64,000 bases of DNA, taken from assembly GCA_965279515.1 (NCBI GenBank), contig CBDIID010000003.1, positions 3,872,001-3,936,000 on the forward strand. Direction: 5' to 3'. Position numbers and translations under genes: made by a program. Of this stretch, positions 61,696-64,000 are shown in pieces. The notes under the pieces are model-generated. The model had not been told where the DNA came from. It saw only the letters and a program-made list of their open reading frames with translations, and did not search any database. Source of the DNA: Turneriella sp. (GTDB lineage: Bacteria; Spirochaetota; Leptospiria; Turneriellales; Turneriellaceae). Within the stretch, counting starts at the first letter, position 1; each line of letters begins with the position of its first letter.

Positions 61696-62814
61696 TCAGG
61701 GGTGGAGGATTTTACTGAGGGCTTTCACAACCTTCTGAATCTGCCCGGAACTAAGATGGCTACTTGAAGGTAAATATAGTCCACGCTCGGCAAGGTATTC
61801 GCTAACGGGTAAGGTTTGACGTGTTGCATATATAGGCTGCTTATGCATCGGGAAAAAAAAGGGCCTCGAATCGACACCCTCTGCGCGCAGTTGTTGCATA
61901 ATATTTTCGCGTGAATTTTTCACATGATCATTCAGAGTTACTCCAAACATCCAGTAGCAGTTTTTGGCCCAATCTCGTTCGACTGGTAACCCGAGCAGTT
62001 CACCCAAATTATGTTTTCGGATTTCTTGCAGATACTCCGCTGCATTCCTTCGTCGTGCGGTAACTAATTCGTCAAATCTCGCCGTTTGGGCATATCCAAT
62101 AGCTGCCTGCAAATTCGTCATCCGGTAATTATACCCTATTGCCTGGTGCACATAATTCCGTTGACCATCTAAGGGGAATGCAAGATTCTTGTAGTATTTA
62201 GCGGAATCTGAAATATCAGGATTATTTGTGCATACCATCCCGCCCTCGCCGGTCGTCAAAATCTTATTTGCGAAGAAGGAATATGCTGTTGCATCGGGCT
62301 GCTCCGCCAGACGCTTCTCATAAGCCAGGGCTCCATGACCCTCTGCCGCATCTTCAATCCACATGATTTTGTATTTGTCCCTCAGTTCAGCGATCACCTT
62401 ATAATCTGAAGGATGCCCGTAAATTGTTACGCTCAGGATTCCAAATGTCTTGTCATTAATCAGACTCTCAATCTGTGACGTGTCCATCGTCCAGGAATCT
62501 GATACCGAATCCACAAAGATGGGTTTTGCGTTACAGTATGATACAGCGTTTGCCGTTGCCACCATGGTGAATGATGGCATTATCACTTCTTGGCCTGGTT
62601 TCAAACCTGCAGCAAGCAAAGCGATATGCACTGCAGCAGTACCATTACAAACCGAAATCCCGTACTTTGCACCAACCTTCTCTGCAAATCCAGTTTCAAA
62701 CTGACCAATATATTTGCCGACGGATCCGATCCAGCCGCTCTCCATCGCATCTCTGACGTACTCCTGCTCTAAGGGCCCCAGGGTGGGTTCACAGACGGGG
62801 ATCAATTCTGCCAT
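61696..62814 (-). CDS. DegT/DnrJ/EryC1/StrS aminotransferase (perosamine synthetase-like)
   Basis: NGTAAVH.AL, EDAAEGHGA, SFFANKILTTGEGG, GYNYRMTNLQAAIG, RPFF.PMH.QP. Confidence 0.92.
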   Translation of the reverse strand: MAELIPVCEPTLGPLEQEYVRDAMESGWIGSVGKYIGQFETGFAEKVGAKYGISVCNGTAAVHIALLAAGLKPGQEVIMPSFTMVATANAVSYCNAKPIFVDSVSDSWTMDTSQIESLINDKTFGILSVTIYGHPSDYKVIAELRDKYKIMWIEDAAEGHGALAYEKRLAEQPDATAYSFFANKILTTGEGGMVCTNNPDISDSAKYYKNLAFPLDGQRNYVHQAIGYNYRMTNLQAAIGYAQTARFDELVTARRRNAAEYLQEIRKHNLGELLGLPVERDWAKNCYWMFGVTLNDHVKNSRENIMQQLRAEGVDSRPFFFPMHKQPIYATRQTLPVSEYLAERGLYLPSSSHLSSGQIQKVVKALSKILHP

Positions 62815-63215
62815 GGGAAAATGCGTTTATCGGATTCACGGGACAGGTATGGTCCCAACTTGACTTCGAGAATTTTTGTCTCTTTATTCATGACAAGGCT
62901 GTGTCCTCCCTGTATTAACAATACGGTATCTCCGTCCTCAAGAGTTACGGATTTTACAATTTTGTCCCGCCAGTACATATTTACGATACAACTGCCGTGC
63001 ATGATGTGTAGCAACTCGGGACTTAAATCGGCAGGTAAGTCAGGTTGGTTTTTCAGAATGTGCTCATGGGGTTCGCACTTTCCCCCTGCGGGATAATTAT
63101 TAAACCCAATTTGGAATAACCATTCGTTTGGAGAAATAAAATTATATCCTGTAGGAAAATCGGCACTTTTGATGATTACGGCAAGTTGCGTTTCACCAGA
63201 AAATATTTTTTCCAT
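62802..63215 (-). CDS. Small cupin-fold protein of glycan loci
   Basis: PHEH, E...I..G, GD..LL..GGH, EVK.GPY....DK; overlaps the aminotransferase gene. Confidence 0.75.
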   Translation of the reverse strand: MEKIFSGETQLAVIIKSADFPTGYNFISPNEWLFQIGFNNYPAGGKCEPHEHILKNQPDLPADLSPELLHIMHGSCIVNMYWRDKIVKSVTLEDGDTVLLIQGGHSLVMNKETKILEVKLGPYLSRESDKRIFPWQN

Positions 63216-63287
63216 CAAACTCCTTTTGCTCTTTGAGACTCGAAGTCCCAAATCTATTCACGATGGAAAGCAGCAACGCGCTGAATA

Positions 63288-64000
63288 CTACAATTCAAGA
63301 GGGGCATGCGGATCGATCCTCGGCCGAATGCAATAAAGCCATGATAGCAAAGCGCAGCAGGAAATCAAAGAAATAGCCGCGAGAGCAAAAACCGAGTTCG
63401 AAACAGGGTTTTTCACCTTAAACACGGCGACAGTTTGGTGGTCCTGCCTGCTATTGGCAGACTTCTTTTTAAGGTGCCATGAGAGCTTCATTTGATAGAG
63501 CCCAATGCTCGTGAGTTTAACCCCTTCCGGAGGGCCATTTTCAAAGCCGAGGGCAGGATACTTCAGCTCTAAGATTGCAGTGCCATCAGGATCTTTTGCG
63601 TGCAACCTGATCTCGTTGTGCGTGATCTCCACCTGATCGCACGATCCGCTGCAGACCCGTCCGTAACTTCCTGGCGGGCCAAATTTCTTATAAATATACT
63701 GCGTATACTGAGGACAATGACTGTCAACAAGGACTTCATTAGGGCACGGGCTACCAATTATGTGAACTTGCCCGGCCATAACAACCCCTTGCAGGATATT
63801 ATCCCGGTTCCACGCAAGCCATGTGTTTCCCGCATCAGAGTCCAAATTAGCTACTGCTAGCGTGCCCATGGCATTGTGGGTCGTCGAGAATTCAACTATT
63901 TTAGGTTGATATTTGGCTCCATGAAAATCATAACCCTGCTTCCGCATTCTTATCGTCAGGAAAGCGAGAGTAAGGATGTTGGCAAAGATCACTATGCTAA
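63288..64000 (-). CDS. C-terminal part of a membrane protein (5'-truncated by the window)
   Basis: Open frame to the window edge: TM, soluble domain, C-terminal TM. Confidence 0.6.
   Translation of the reverse strand, partial: SIVIFANILTLAFLTIRMRKQGYDFHGAKYQPKIVEFSTTHNAMGTLAVANLDSDAGNTWLAWNRDNILQGVVMAGQVHIIGSPCPNEVLVDSHCPQYTQYIYKKFGPPGSYGRVCSGSCDQVEITHNEIRLHAKDPDGTAILELKYPALGFENGPPEGVKLTSIGLYQMKLSWHLKKKSANSRQDHQTVAVFKVKNPVSNSVFALAAISLISCCALLSWLYCIRPRIDPHAPLEL

Noticed and set aside
50500..62814. A true lincosamide antibiotic cluster
   Set aside because: No propylproline, condensation (LmbC/LmbD), thiol-transfer or resistance genes are present; the context is wzm/wzt and glycosyltransferases.

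Overview
Bacterial chromosomal window, most likely a Leptospiraceae spirochete (Turneriella-like; inferred from spirochete-type lipoproteins and DUF1564-like and Lsa36-like genes). The GC-rich left part (1-~38 kb) holds the 3' end of a large Gly/Thr-rich repeat protein, mdh, gatA, hisS, a K+ module (YbaL-type antiporter, P-II gene, kdpFABCDE including a kdpF missed by the ORF track) and a bufferin-type RiPP operon (Cys-rich precursor, fused DUF692-DUF2063 enzyme, ECF sigma, zinc anti-sigma, membrane protein). It also holds a block of four exported lipoprotein enzymes, two structured intergenic elements, and a frameshifted IS1595-family element at the 3' end of tRNA-Gln(UUG) flanked by an 11-bp repeat of the tRNA end. 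The visibly more AT-rich right part (~38-64 kb) is a surface-glycan island: gmd, rmd-like, sugar C-methyltransferase, glycosyltransferases, wzm/wzt, an IS3 element and a per-like aminotransferase. It includes a nine-gene operon whose enzyme families match the lincosamide GDP-octose pathway (LmbM/L/Z/P/O/N/K/R) plus an extra SDR. Best candidates for new biology: the putative GDP-octose pathway in a surface-glycan locus, the tRNA-associated IS1595 element, the spirochete bufferin operon with a fused enzyme, and the lipoprotein block with two distant SAM-fold paralogs. All family calls come from motif reading by eye; no searches were run.
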